From the NCBI GenBank assembly GCA_000165345.1, contig CM000436.1:960001-1024000 (forward strand): a stretch of DNA of 64,000 bases. The letters are read 5' to 3'. The notes below the pieces were generated by a model. It was not told where the DNA came from, did no database searches, and worked only from the letters and a program-made list of their open reading frames with translations. Positions 63,189-64,000 of the stretch are shown in pieces. Position 1 is the first letter of the stretch. Each line of letters opens with the position of its first letter. A program made the translations under genes and the position numbers.

Positions 63189-63879
63189 ATGTCTGTATTA
63201 GTTACTGTTGGTACCACCAAATTTGATTTACTAATAAAACAAGTTGATAAAGTAGAATTTCTTGATCAATTTTAGAATTGGATATAATAATTTATGTATT
63301 CAATATGGGAGGTAATGTAAAATTTCAACGCCACGTGTTTTTATTATTTATTGCATGCATGCAATAACAATAAAAACACGTGTATATTACGTAATTGTTA
63401 TTTAAAAAAATAATAATTTTTTTTAGTGGGGAATATGTTCCAATACCAAGAAAAGTTAAACATAGTAAAATTTGTGATAATATTATTGGTAATAATAATG
63501 AGAAATTTCTTGAAATTAAAGCAATACCTTATATGAAAGAGATTATATATTTAAATTATGATCTTATAATAGGTCATGCAGGGGCTGGTACAATACTAAA
63601 TTCTTTAAGAAATAATGTAAGTTTTATTTATTGGATTATATTAATAATAGTCCAATTATATTAAGTTATTCAAGTTAAAAAAAAAATTATTTGAAATAAT
63701 GAAATAATTAATTTATTACTATCTTAACAATAAACTTATTTAACTTAAATACTTAGAGAAAAATGATTGTTGTAATAAACAAATCTTTAATGGATAATCA
63801 TCAAGCTGAGTTAGCAACACAACTCGATAATAATAAATATCTTATTGCTATTGATAATGTTAATGATTTAATTAACACA
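63189..63879 (+). CDS. ALG13: ALG13 (UDP-GlcNAc transferase subunit, GT28 C-terminal domain), partial. Exons 63189..63311 (apparent +1 frameshift), 63427..63616 and 63757..63879. The gene continues beyond the window.
   Basis: MSVLVTVGTTKFDLLI matches the ALG13 N-terminus. DLIIGHAGAGTILNSLRNN|KMIVVINKSLMDNHQAELATQL matches the ALG13 core across a GTAAGT intron. All donors are GTAAGT or GTAATG. Confidence 0.65.
63332..63382. repeat. 51-bp near-perfect inverted repeat CACGTGTTTTTATTATTTATTGCATGCA|TGCAATAACAATAAAAACACGTG inside ALG13 intron 1
   Basis: The arms are reverse complements with one mismatch and one indel. It is centred on TGCATGCATGCA and flanked by CACGTG. Confidence 0.85.
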
Positions 63880-64000
63880 GTAAGTTATCTTAATAATTAT
63901 TAAAAAAATCATTCTAATTTATTAAAAATATTAACAATTTTATTAATTCCTTAATTTCATATTAATTTATATAATATTTCAAACAAACATATAATTTCCA

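Noticed and set aside
63395-63664. The track ORF MLFKKIIIFFSGEY... treated as an independent gene
   Set aside because: Its ATG lies inside ALG13 intron 1. The conserved part is ALG13 exon 2, entered via the acceptor at 63426.

Overview
This is an AT-rich, gene-dense eukaryotic segment: about 28 protein-coding genes in 64 kb (roughly 2.3 kb per gene). It contains no rRNA or tRNA gene, no CRISPR array and no transposon.

Organism. Several features point to a Cryptosporidium-like apicomplexan chromosome. Standard-code ORFs run for more than 6 kb in about 30% GC DNA. Introns are short and infrequent. Above all, an E2F-like GGCGCC/GGCGGG motif sits 90-250 bp upstream of nearly every gene, often in the extended form TTGGCGCCAAAATGTG, and TGCATGCA (AP2-like) elements are also present. 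This is inference from the sequence; no database search was possible.

Genes I can name from conserved motifs:
- a Dcc1-like cohesion factor
- a UBE2J/Ubc6 tail-anchored E2
- two divergently arranged secreted patatin-like phospholipases
- an Aa_trans amino-acid transporter
- the UAP56/Sub2 DECD-box helicase
- an SLC17-like MFS transporter
- a septin/AIG1/dynamin-like GTPase with two C-terminal transmembrane segments
- eIF2B-gamma
- MSH2
- WDR82/Swd2
- a SET/NAP histone chaperone
- a roughly 2000-aa protein with four cNMP-binding domains and an EK-repeat
- histidyl-tRNA synthetase with a long N-terminal extension
- a roughly 2000-aa filamin-repeat protein
- AP-1 sigma adaptin
- RPS29, which is below the ORF-track size cut-off
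- proteasome Rpn3
- Timeless/Tof1
- a WD40 protein
- ALG13

Main results of the hunt:
- The six-frame track mis-describes at least seven genes that are spliced. WDR82 has four exons, SET/NAP three, a coiled-coil gene three, and the GTPase, the filamin-repeat gene, a small secreted protein and ALG13 each have at least one intron. The donors are canonical GTAAGT or GTATGT.
- ALG13 carries an apparent +1 frameshift in a T4 homopolymer.
- ALG13 intron 1 contains a 51-bp hairpin centred on TGCATGCATGCA.
- A perfect 18-bp palindrome lies in a promoter region.
- One patatin paralogue has lost the catalytic Asp (DGG to WGG).
- The two giant ORFs show an internal switch to extreme AT codon usage with poly-Asn tracts.
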